Below, one piece after another: positions 50,059-57,924 of a stretch of 64,000 bases of DNA. Positions within the stretch are counted from its first letter, which is position 1. Every line of letters starts with the position of its first letter. The translations under genes and the position numbers were made by a program. Below the pieces are notes generated by a model. The model saw only the letters and a program-made list of their open reading frames with translations, searched no databases and had not been told where the DNA came from. The stretch is from a virus: IMG/VR virus record IMGVR_UViG_3300008113_000071, positions 34,434-98,433 of that record. The stretch is one strand, 5' to 3'.

Positions 50059-50475
50059 ATGGCAATCAAATCCCTATTTCCAGAAGACATGATGAAATCA
50101 TCATCTTCTGAAGGCTTAACGTTAGAAAGTATAGCTGCAAAGCTTACTTACTTCCATGAGCAGTTACATTTATTGCACTGGCAAACTTCTAGTTATGCAG
50201 AGCACCAAGCTCTTGGTAGTCTTTATGATTATGTACATGACTTTAAAGATGGTGTTGTAGAGAAACTTATGGGTTACTTAGGTAAGCGTCCAGGAGTTTA
50301 TAAGATTGAACCTCTATCTGCAGCAAGTCCTATGGCAGTTGCAGAGAGTTTATGCATGTTTGCTTCTGATCTAAAAGCATATGGTGAAGCTAACAAGTTC
50401 CATGACATCTGTAATTTAGCAGACGCATTGTCTGGTGAAGCAGCTAAAACCAAATACTTACTGACACTAAGCTAA
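50059..50475 (+). CDS. Ferritin-like/Dps-like protein (DUF5856-type)
   Basis: LHLLHWQT.SYAEHQALG.LYD...D..VE four-helix metal-ligand pattern; C-terminal KYLLTL. Confidence 0.7.
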   Translation: MAIKSLFPEDMMKSSSSEGLTLESIAAKLTYFHEQLHLLHWQTSSYAEHQALGSLYDYVHDFKDGVVEKLMGYLGKRPGVYKIEPLSAASPMAVAESLCMFASDLKAYGEANKFHDICNLADALSGEAAKTKYLLTLS

Positions 50476-50478
50476 TAT

Positions 50479-50766
50479 ATGCAAGTAAATAAAAAGTTCT
50501 TTCCTGCAGTTATGTTAGATAACGAGGAATTATACTTTGCTCACTTAGAAGGAATCATAGATTCTGTAGATGAGCTGTCCATAATGGAAATTGTTAAGAC
50601 TCCTACATCTTATCATTTTAGATTGGCACCAAGCCTACCTAAATATAACCCAATGTTATTGGAAGAGATATTGAAGTTTCATAACATGTTTCAGATTAAG
50701 CTAGACCTTTCTAAAAGCATCAAAGCATCTGCAACAATAAATTTCCAAATAACCTTGGATAATTAA
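50479..50766 (+). CDS. Hypothetical protein
   Basis: Tightly packed ORF. Confidence 0.6.
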   Translation: MQVNKKFFPAVMLDNEELYFAHLEGIIDSVDELSIMEIVKTPTSYHFRLAPSLPKYNPMLLEEILKFHNMFQIKLDLSKSIKASATINFQITLDN

Positions 50767-50784
50767 AACTTTTTATTATATTTG
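50754..50784 (+). promoter_or_regulatory. Bacteroidota promoter driving the Lys-rich protein cluster
   Basis: CTTG (50754-57), N19, TATATTTG (50777-84); ATG at 50807. Confidence 0.65.
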
Positions 50785-50806
50785 CTATCTTAAACCAAAT
50801 ACTATT

Positions 50807-51055
50807 ATGTCAGATAAAATTACCTACGACCCAAGCAAACGTTATACTTGGACCCCAGCAACTGAATTCACATTAACTGGTGAACAGTTTGGACTTATTT
50901 TAAACTCTCTTAGAGGAGTGATTAGCACACAGGAAGCTGCTAAGATTTTATTAGCTGCACAAGCTAATGATTCATTAGAAGCTGTATTAGCCAGAGCTGT
51001 TGAATCTGGTGCTGTTGTTGAAGCTCCTGAAGAACCACAACAAAACAATGGCTAA
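50807..51055 (+). CDS. Hypothetical protein
   Basis: A-rich leader; YDPSKRYTW N-terminus. Confidence 0.65.
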   Translation: MSDKITYDPSKRYTWTPATEFTLTGEQFGLILNSLRGVISTQEAAKILLAAQANDSLEAVLARAVESGAVVEAPEEPQQNNG

Positions 51056-51200
51056 ACAAATGTTAAAACGTAAGGATGGATCTGTTTCACAACGTGGTTT
51101 GTGGGATAATATTCGTGCTAACAAGGGCTCAGGTAAAAAACCTACAGCTCAAATGTTAAAACAGGAACGCAAGATTAAAGCTGCTTCCAAAAAGAAATGA
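51048..51200 (+). CDS. Small Lys-rich protein (GLWDNIRA motif)
   Basis: Start reassigned to ATG 51048; MAKQMLKRKDGSVSQRGLWDNIRANKGSGKKP. Confidence 0.7.
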   Translation: MAKQMLKRKDGSVSQRGLWDNIRANKGSGKKPTAQMLKQERKIKAASKKK

Positions 51201-51397
51201 TCTTCGAACCTACAAATAGGTTAGAAGTTACAACTCCAAAAGGTGATGGTGTAGTGTGGTTGGTTACTGACTATGGTCATGAAACAGATACCATCTACAC
51301 CATTATCATTGATGCTACAGGAGAACTGTGGCAATTCGCACATAAAGACATTATTGTTAAACCCAATATAACATTCAGAAGAAATGGCAAAACTTAA
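51197..51397 (+). CDS. Hypothetical small beta protein
   Basis: ATGA overlap; VTTPKGDG...DYGHE motif. Confidence 0.65.
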   Translation: MIFEPTNRLEVTTPKGDGVVWLVTDYGHETDTIYTIIIDATGELWQFAHKDIIVKPNITFRRNGKT

Positions 51398-52097
51398 AAA
51401 GCCTTCCTTAAAAAAAGCCCAAGGTGGTATCTCTGTTTCTCAGGATAAAAAAGGGAACTACTATTATACTAAAAAAGTAACCACTAAAAATGGTCCTAGA
51501 TACTATCAAGGTGTTTCTCCAGATTATAATATGGCAGAGTCAGAAGCTAACTTTAAAGCTAAACGTATGCCTCAAGATTCAACTCGCAAAGCTACTCTCC
51601 TTCCTTATGAATTAAAGAAGATGGATGAGAAGAAAAAGGGTGGTGTTATAAAAAAGAAAATGGGTGGAGCTATTAAAAAGATGCAGACTGGTGGTAAAAT
51701 TGAAGAACAATATCAGAAACAGAAAAAGGTAACATCTAAACAAGCTGAAATGGATAAGATTAAAACTGCTTATCCTAAAACCACTTTAAAGAAAGCTCAG
51801 AATGGTGCAGCTACTAGAGATAGTACAAAGTTTTATCAAGATAAACTTAAAGGTTTATCAACAACTTCTCGAAAATGGTCTGCAGCTATGAATATAATTA
51901 ATTCAAACAAGAAGGATGAAAATTTTGCAGAAAGACAAAAAACTAAATATGATCTTTTAAGACAATATAGAAAAGGTAGATCTGGGTTTGATGCAAATGG
52001 TAATCCTTTAAAGAAAAATAAAACAGGTGGTGTTGTTAAGAAAACTATAAAACCTGTAGCAAAAAAGATTGTTAAATCTATTAAAAAGAAAAAATAA
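51384..52097 (+). CDS. Lys-rich protein with repeated xGG motifs
   Basis: KAQGG, KKKGG, KKMGG, KMQTGG, KAQNG, KNKTGG. Confidence 0.7.
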   Translation: MAKLKKPSLKKAQGGISVSQDKKGNYYYTKKVTTKNGPRYYQGVSPDYNMAESEANFKAKRMPQDSTRKATLLPYELKKMDEKKKGGVIKKKMGGAIKKMQTGGKIEEQYQKQKKVTSKQAEMDKIKTAYPKTTLKKAQNGAATRDSTKFYQDKLKGLSTTSRKWSAAMNIINSNKKDENFAERQKTKYDLLRQYRKGRSGFDANGNPLKKNKTGGVVKKTIKPVAKKIVKSIKKKK

Positions 52098-52477
52098 TGG
52101 CAAAGATTAAAAAAATGCAAGCTGGTGGTGTAACCAAATCAGCAAAACGTGTAGGACCTGTTGATCCTAATGGTGCTTGGACTAAAGTACAAGAGCGTAC
52201 CATTGCTGGTGCAAAAGCTCCTAAAGTTGCTTTAGTAAAGGATAAAGAACTTGATGCTTCTGCTGCTGAAAGAAAACAAGCAGGTGCTAAGATGAAAAAT
52301 GGTGGTAAAGCTAAACTTGGTTCAGGTGCACGCTTTGCAGCTCTTAAATCTAAGATTCAATCAAAAGGTAAATCAGCTAAAGCTGCTGGTGCTATTGCTG
52401 CATCTATAGGTCGTAAGAAATATGGTGCTAAGAAAATGACAGCTATGGCTGTAGCTGGTCGCAAGAAAGCTAAGTAA
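52097..52477 (+). CDS. Lys/Ala-rich basic protein
   Basis: KMQAGG, KMKNGG, KLGSGARF, IGRKKYG. Confidence 0.7.
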   Translation: MAKIKKMQAGGVTKSAKRVGPVDPNGAWTKVQERTIAGAKAPKVALVKDKELDASAAERKQAGAKMKNGGKAKLGSGARFAALKSKIQSKGKSAKAAGAIAASIGRKKYGAKKMTAMAVAGRKKAK

Positions 52478-52479
52478 TA

Positions 52480-52908
52480 ATGGCTACTGTTAAGAAACCT
52501 AAAAAGATTGGTCCTGGACCATACAACCCACAGAAAGCTGTTGCTTATGTAGGTAAAGGTGTTCTTAGAAATGGTGATACTATTCCTGCTATTAAAGGAG
52601 CAATCACTCCTGTACCTAATGGTCCTCTAATTAAAAAGAAAGGTCCATTCAAAGGATCCACACTTAAGAAAGGTGGAACTGTTGTAAAGGTTGGGGGACA
52701 AACACATAAAGTGTTTAAGAATAAAAAAGGTAATGTAGTTGTTGATCATACAGCTGGTATACCTGCTGGTAAATGGGACAAGATTAACTTAACTAAGAAA
52801 GCTAAGGCTAAAACTGTTAAACAAGGTGTTGCTTCTGTAAAGAAATGGCACAAAGATAATCCTGATTATTATGGCAAAAAGTCCAGCGTGGCAAAGAAAA
52901 GAAGGTAA
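52480..52908 (+). CDS. Lys-rich basic protein
   Basis: LKKGG; DKINLTKKAKAKTVKQGV. Confidence 0.65.
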   Translation: MATVKKPKKIGPGPYNPQKAVAYVGKGVLRNGDTIPAIKGAITPVPNGPLIKKKGPFKGSTLKKGGTVVKVGGQTHKVFKNKKGNVVVDHTAGIPAGKWDKINLTKKAKAKTVKQGVASVKKWHKDNPDYYGKKSSVAKKRR

Positions 52909-53152
52909 AAATCCTTCTGGTGGTTTAAATGCTAAGGGAGTAGCTTCATATAGAAAAGCTAATCCTGGATCTAAACTTAAAACTGCTGTCACCACTAAAC
53001 CCTCTAAACTTAAAGCTGGCAGTAAAGCTGCAAGTAGACGTAAGTCTTTTTGTAGTAGAATGTCAGGGATGAAAAAGAAATTAACTTCTGCTAAGACAGC
53101 TAATGATCCAAACAGCAGAATTAATAAGTCTCTTCGTAAATGGAACTGTTAA
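52871..53152 (+). CDS. Basic protein, DUF6321-like
   Basis: AWQRKEGKNPSGGLNAKG...RKSFCSRM...NDPNSRINKSLRKWNC. Confidence 0.7.
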   Translation: MAKSPAWQRKEGKNPSGGLNAKGVASYRKANPGSKLKTAVTTKPSKLKAGSKAASRRKSFCSRMSGMKKKLTSAKTANDPNSRINKSLRKWNC

Positions 53153-53171
53153 CAATTAAAAACTCATTATA

Positions 53172-53861
53172 ATGAAAAAAATAATTAAAAAATCTTCTGT
53201 TAAAAAAATGCAAACAGGAGGAAAACTTTCTAAAGCAGAGTTATCTGCATTAGCTCATCAGAAACGAGGAAAGGGAGATATTGATTTTAATAGTGGTTAT
53301 GTTAAAAGTTCTGATCCAATCATGAATAGAACAGGTTTCTTAACAGCAGATCAAAGAAAACAACTTAAAGAATATATGAATAAGTCTTCTATTGGTGAGA
53401 AAGTGTATCAATCTCTTCCTAATGTTGGTAGAATGTTTGGTGAAGGTAAAAGTGCTGCAGATCTTCCTAAAGGTTCTAAATTAAAACAAAAAATGGGTGG
53501 TGTTACTAAGAAAGCTAAATCTGGTGGTTCATTCCCTGACTTAAACAAAGATGGTAAAATCACTAAAGCTGACATCCTTAAAGGTCGTGGTGTGATTGCT
53601 AAAAAAGGTGCTACATTAAAGAAACAAGCTGCTGTAGCAATTGCTATGAAGAAAGCTGGTAAAACTCCTAAAGCTCAAACTGGAAATAATATTAAAGTAA
53701 ATCCTCCAGCTGGTTACACAAAAGGAAGTGGTTATAAATCTTTTGGTAAATCTGGTGTATCAGTAAAGAAAATGCAATATGGTGGTGCTGCTGCATCTAT
53801 GGTTCCTCCTATGATGAAAAAAGGTGGTGCTACAAAGAAATGCAAATATGGCTGCAAGTAA
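53172..53861 (+). CDS. Lys-rich protein with xGG repeats and one EF-hand-like loop
   Basis: KMQTGG, KQKMGG, KAKSGG, KMQYGG, MKKGG; FPDLNKDGKITKADIL. Confidence 0.7.
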   Translation: MKKIIKKSSVKKMQTGGKLSKAELSALAHQKRGKGDIDFNSGYVKSSDPIMNRTGFLTADQRKQLKEYMNKSSIGEKVYQSLPNVGRMFGEGKSAADLPKGSKLKQKMGGVTKKAKSGGSFPDLNKDGKITKADILKGRGVIAKKGATLKKQAAVAIAMKKAGKTPKAQTGNNIKVNPPAGYTKGSGYKSFGKSGVSVKKMQYGGAAASMVPPMMKKGGATKKCKYGCK

Positions 53862-54021
53862 ATCAATGACAGCTGGTAAAGCTAAAGGATCTGGTAAACC
53901 TAAAAAAGCTCCTAAGGTTAAGAATCCAAGACCTAAGGATAACTATATGAAGGAAGCAGATACTAAGCTTAGACTTAAGAGCCCTATGTGGCCCATGAAA
54001 CAAAAACGTTTATCCAAATGA
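53848..54021 (+). CDS. Small Lys/Pro-rich protein
   Basis: Start reassigned to ATG 53848 (MAASKSMTAGKAKG). Confidence 0.6.
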   Translation: MAASKSMTAGKAKGSGKPKKAPKVKNPRPKDNYMKEADTKLRLKSPMWPMKQKRLSK

Positions 54022-54137
54022 TGTGTTCTTGGAAAAGAACCAAACGTTATAGAGATTTGATGTTTGCATTCTGGCTAATTAAAAATAAGAGATTAGTTAG
54101 TTCTTTTAAAGAAGCTATAAAAAAAGCCCAAGATTAA
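54018..54137 (+). CDS. Possible 39-aa peptide
   Basis: ATGA overlap; MMCSWKRTKRYRDLMFAFWLIKNK...; its stop overlaps the convergent gene's stop. Confidence 0.35.
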   Translation: MMCSWKRTKRYRDLMFAFWLIKNKRLVSSFKEAIKKAQD

Positions 54138-54155
54138 TTTCTCTGGGCTTTTTTT
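54119..54155. terminator. Bidirectional intrinsic terminator at the junction of the convergent blocks
   Basis: AAAAAAAGCCCA-agattaatttctc-TGGGCTTTTTTT. Confidence 0.8.
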
Positions 54156-54712
54156 ATTACAAGCATTTTTCCACCATGCTTTTGTTCAACGCTCTCTATT
54201 TCAAAGTTGTTTTGAGTTATAATATTACTAACCTCTGGTATAGTGAATTGTGCATTTGAATACACACTGTGTAAATCTTCAATTATATAATACCCACCTG
54301 GATTAAGATGTGGAAATAGATGTTTGAAACTTGTAAGGATGTGTTCTGAGTAGTGTGAACCATCATCTAATATGATATCAAATTCTCCTCCATAGGTATT
54401 AATACACCTTTGTATATCCTCAGGATTGTTTTGATTACCAATGAATATGTTTATGTTTGGTTCTTCAAACTGTTTAGCTTGTTGATTAATATCATACCCA
54501 ACAAAAAATAAGTTTGGAAAATAATCCCTCCACATCTTTACACCAGCTCCTGGAAATCTTGGATCAGCTACACCAATCTCAAGCATTCTAATACTCTTAT
54601 CGACTAACTCTTCAAAGTATTCATTATATGTAGGAGTGTAGTTGTGACACCATGATTCAAAGTTACCTTTGTCTGTGCCCCATTTATTTGCTAACAGCGT
54701 CAATTTGTCCAT
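54134..54712 (-). CDS. Class I SAM-dependent (sugar) O-methyltransferase, MycE-like
   Basis: GTDKG...HNY, MLEIGV, GYDI, FDIILDDGSH, GGYYIIEDL. Confidence 0.8.
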   Translation of the reverse strand: MDKLTLLANKWGTDKGNFESWCHNYTPTYNEYFEELVDKSIRMLEIGVADPRFPGAGVKMWRDYFPNLFFVGYDINQQAKQFEEPNINIFIGNQNNPEDIQRCINTYGGEFDIILDDGSHYSEHILTSFKHLFPHLNPGGYYIIEDLHSVYSNAQFTIPEVSNIITQNNFEIESVEQKHGGKMLVIKKAQRN

Positions 54713-55385
54713 AATAATCTTCTTTAAAATGTGGTTTAAGTTCTATCACTCCTGTTGTATTATCTAATATTCTATCAGCCTGTGCTAATACAACATCATT
54801 AGGTTGTACACCCATACCAGATATGTGTAAGGTTTGCATTCCCCATCTATATAACATTGTATGATTTAATTTAGACTCATAGATATTACCATTGTGTCCA
54901 AAGGTAATGTCTGCATCTTCTGTTCCTGATAGATCAGGGAATTTAATCCTGTCTAAATAGGCTTTGGTGTATACATTACCATTGTTAATATTGCTACTCT
55001 CGCTCTCAAACTTATTGTTCACAAAGAAATAGAATCCTTTGCTTCTATAAATTTCATGTCCTGGGTTGTTTGTAATATCAGAATAAACATTATCAAGAGC
55101 CCATGAAGCAAGTAAGTCATCATCATCTAATCGATAGATGTAATCATGTTTACATTGTTTATATCCCCACTCAAGCTTAGCAGCAATAGAAGGGAATCGT
55201 TCTTTGTGGTTAATAATTCTAACTTGTGGATGATCAAATACATAATCAACCTCAACGTTATCATTAATGATAACCATTTCTGTTGGTTCATCTTTAGGAA
55301 TTTTGTTTTCCTGTCTAAGAAAAGACTCAATCGCTTCTTCTAGAAGATGATGTCTTTTGTATGTTATTGTTAATACTGAAATCAT
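54684..55385 (-). CDS. Glycosyltransferase family 2
   Basis: MISVLTITYKR...EAIESFLRQ, IINDN, LDDDD, TED. Confidence 0.85.
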   Translation of the reverse strand: MISVLTITYKRHHLLEEAIESFLRQENKIPKDEPTEMVIINDNVEVDYVFDHPQVRIINHKERFPSIAAKLEWGYKQCKHDYIYRLDDDDLLASWALDNVYSDITNNPGHEIYRSKGFYFFVNNKFESESSNINNGNVYTKAYLDRIKFPDLSGTEDADITFGHNGNIYESKLNHTMLYRWGMQTLHISGMGVQPNDVVLAQADRILDNTTGVIELKPHFKEDYYGQIDAVSK

Positions 55386-56173
55386 GATGGTATTATAAAT
55401 CCATTTTCAAATCTTGTTGGTAATACTATCCAGTCCTTACAGTACATAGTATTCCATTTATGTGGGCACTCTGGACCAAACCAAGTTTCTGGAGCTACAA
55501 CAATCTTTCCAGGGTTTCTAGATAGATATGCAGCCCACCAACTAAAGGATGAATTAGAGATCACATAATGATGGCATAATGATAAGATCCATAACTGTTC
55601 ATGACTTTTATACCCCTCTAGGTAAGTTACATTAGGTAGTTGTAGATTCTCTTTACACCAAGGAATATCATCACTAGCAATTAGATAGTGTTCACTAGGA
55701 ATAAGTTCTAATGCTTTGTAAATGTATTGTGGTGTAACTGTAGGGTGGTAGTTAGGATAGTGAAGGTAATCACCTCTGCGTACATTGATAACTGTCACCT
55801 TCTTTTCAAAGATGACAGGTATCTCAGCACGAATCCTATTGATAAAGTCTAATGGTGCACCAAATAAGCTTTTGATGTTCTCACTATATTTATCAAAATA
55901 CTGTTCACTCTGGTAATATCCAAAGTAAACAGTGTGTTTATCATCTGATGGAACAGAACGATTGTAGTTCTTATTATCATCAAATGTATCTATAAACTCT
56001 AGTTTGCTACATATGTTTGTTGAATAATCATTTCCCTCATAGGCAAGTTGTGACTTGCAAACAACCACTTGTTTGTTAAACTCAAGACCCTTGGCATAGG
56101 CATGAGCTATCATGAAGAGATTGTTTCCAAGTCTACCACCTAATGAGGGAATAATATAATCAATGTTTAACAT
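55382..56173 (-). CDS. Glycosyltransferase family 11 (alpha-1,2-fucosyltransferase-like)
   Basis: GRLGNNLF, GYYQSEQYF, NVRRGDY, SDDIPWC, SNSSFSWWAAYL; start placed at the TAATG overlap. Confidence 0.9.
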   Translation of the reverse strand: MLNIDYIIPSLGGRLGNNLFMIAHAYAKGLEFNKQVVVCKSQLAYEGNDYSTNICSKLEFIDTFDDNKNYNRSVPSDDKHTVYFGYYQSEQYFDKYSENIKSLFGAPLDFINRIRAEIPVIFEKKVTVINVRRGDYLHYPNYHPTVTPQYIYKALELIPSEHYLIASDDIPWCKENLQLPNVTYLEGYKSHEQLWILSLCHHYVISNSSFSWWAAYLSRNPGKIVVAPETWFGPECPHKWNTMYCKDWIVLPTRFENGFIIPS

Positions 56174-56466
56174 TACCAAATTAAAGCAACAGACATGGAT
56201 GGAACCATAAGTTTCTCTTCATCATTAATAGTGACAAAGGTACCACGTTTTAATTCCTCTACAGGAACATAAACAAGATCTCCAGGTTGAATATCAGTAA
56301 CAGCATCACCAATAGCATAAACCTCAAGTTTATCCATCTTAGTTGCATACTCTCTATTCATTTCTTCTTTTAACTCAGGGCTTAATTCAATCCCTTTATC
56401 ATCTCTCTTTGGAAGGCTCAATAAAATTCTGATACCTTTCAATTGTTTGTAACCTTTATTTGACAT
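56173..56466 (-). CDS. GroES-like co-chaperonin
   Basis: LKGIRILL...GIEL...VYAIGDAV..IQPGDLVYV pattern. Confidence 0.6.
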   Translation of the reverse strand: MSNKGYKQLKGIRILLSLPKRDDKGIELSPELKEEMNREYATKMDKLEVYAIGDAVTDIQPGDLVYVPVEELKRGTFVTINDEEKLMVPSMSVALIW

Positions 56467-56467
56467 A

Positions 56468-56740
56468 TTACAAGCTTGTTAATTGTTCAAAACGTGCAGC
56501 ATCTTCTGCATTTAAATAAATCTCTGATTGGAAAGTGTCTCTCTGACGTTTCATTCCTTTCATTTTGTTAGTCTTAAGATCAACATCAGGAACATCCTGA
56601 GATCTCTCATGTAAGTCATCTAACAATACTAATGTACGTCCATCTTCTAGAGTGACTGTACGTACAACCTTATTAATGTTAAGGCTGTCTTTGAAGGATT
56701 TCTCACCTTCAGTTCTTGTGTAAAAGAATTGGTTTTTCAT
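56468..56740 (-). CDS. Hypothetical protein
   Basis: Tightly packed ORF. Confidence 0.65.
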   Translation of the reverse strand: MKNQFFYTRTEGEKSFKDSLNINKVVRTVTLEDGRTLVLLDDLHERSQDVPDVDLKTNKMKGMKRQRDTFQSEIYLNAEDAARFEQLTSL

Positions 56741-56992
56741 TTATTTATTATTTAATCGATTAATAATCTCTTCATATTTAGCTAGAGGCATAGCTCCTAC
56801 AGTTCTCTCCACTTCTTTACCATCCTGTAGAAAGACTAGTGTAGGAACACTTCTTACACTATATTGAGCTGTTAGTTCTCTGTTCTGATCTATATCAATC
56901 TCTTTGAGACCTTCAGCATCTTTCAATGTTGCAGACAATAATTTACATGGTGTACACCAGCTAGCACTAAACTTTAATACTTCTATACTCAT
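56741..56992 (-). CDS. trxA: Thioredoxin
   Basis: FSASWCTPCK, VRSVPTL, GKEVER. Confidence 0.9.
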   Translation of the reverse strand: MSIEVLKFSASWCTPCKLLSATLKDAEGLKEIDIDQNRELTAQYSVRSVPTLVFLQDGKEVERTVGAMPLAKYEEIINRLNNK

Positions 56993-57387
56993 TCTATTTC
57001 GTATTTTAATTTTAATAATTCACGTCTCTTGTTTACTTCTGGATACTTATACATATCACTTTCAACATTCGTGTGTTCGTCGAGTGTCAAAAGTATGATA
57101 TTTTCTTCATCAAAACAAGCCTTAGGATATTTTTCTTTAGCAAGGATATGATGAAAGTAAGTAGACATAGGTTCTGATCCTAGGTAAGTACCACTAACTT
57201 CAGACTTATGTGGTCTATTCTTCCATATACCAAGGAAGAACTCTTGCATCTTGAGGATCCTATCAGTATTGTTGACAGGTTTTGGTATGCTCTTTAAAGC
57301 CTTTTTGGGGATGTGATTCTTACACACACCCCCAGACCAAGCTCTCATCTTGCAACCAACCTCTTTACAAAGCTTAATTGCAAACAT
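56989..57387 (-). CDS. HNH-like endonuclease (NinG/Rap-like)
   Basis: N-terminal CxxxxC...CxxH; SEVSG; FHHILAK...ENIILLTLDEH. Confidence 0.6.
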   Translation of the reverse strand: MFAIKLCKEVGCKMRAWSGGVCKNHIPKKALKSIPKPVNNTDRILKMQEFFLGIWKNRPHKSEVSGTYLGSEPMSTYFHHILAKEKYPKACFDEENIILLTLDEHTNVESDMYKYPEVNKRRELLKLKYEIE

Positions 57388-57815
57388 TATACACCTGTTG
57401 ATCCAAACCCACCTTCACCTCTCTCTGTATCAGATAGTTCTTCTACTTCTTCAAACTCAATCTGTGGATAAGGCATGATGATTATCTGTCCCACTCTATC
57501 ACCCACTCTGTAATAACGATCATCTTCTTCGTTCAAACATCTGTATTTAAACATCATTGATCCTCTATATCCAGAATCAATTACACCAACACAGTTTGTT
57601 AACTGTAATGGAGTTTTATATACAGAACTTCTAGGGAATAATAATCCTACATATCCTTCAGGAATCTCAATAGATAATCCTGTATCATATGTAACTATAC
57701 CACTTTTATCATCCCAAGATACACTGACTGCTACTAAATCCATACCTGCATCACCAGGTTTTGCATAAGCTGGGATTACCCCAGCCTCATGCGTCTTTTT
57801 AATTTTTACTTTCAT
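57387..57815 (-). CDS. dut: Trimeric dUTPase
   Basis: AGMDL, PRSS, GVIDSGYRG, GDRVGQ, RGEGGFGSTG. Confidence 0.97.
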   Translation of the reverse strand: MKVKIKKTHEAGVIPAYAKPGDAGMDLVAVSVSWDDKSGIVTYDTGLSIEIPEGYVGLLFPRSSVYKTPLQLTNCVGVIDSGYRGSMMFKYRCLNEEDDRYYRVGDRVGQIIIMPYPQIEFEEVEELSDTERGEGGFGSTGV

Positions 57816-57827
57816 TATAATAAATTG

Positions 57828-57914
57828 TTATTTTTTCTTTTTAGTTTCACACCACCCAAGACAAACTTTACCAAAGGTGATTTTCTGAATGAATAAACAT
57901 ATTAATTTTTTCAT
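57828..57914 (-). CDS. 28-aa Cys/Lys peptide (not in ORF track)
   Basis: MKKLICLFIQKITFGKVCLGWCETKKKK; fills the recA-dut gap. Confidence 0.5.
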   Translation of the reverse strand: MKKLICLFIQKITFGKVCLGWCETKKKK

Positions 57915-57924
57915 AGTGATTAAA

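Noticed and set aside
54134-56173. GT/methyltransferase trio as a DNA hypermodification system
   Set aside because: No base hydroxymethylase or TET/JBP gene in the window, and GT11 is not known to act on DNA; not fully excluded because the rest of the genome is unseen
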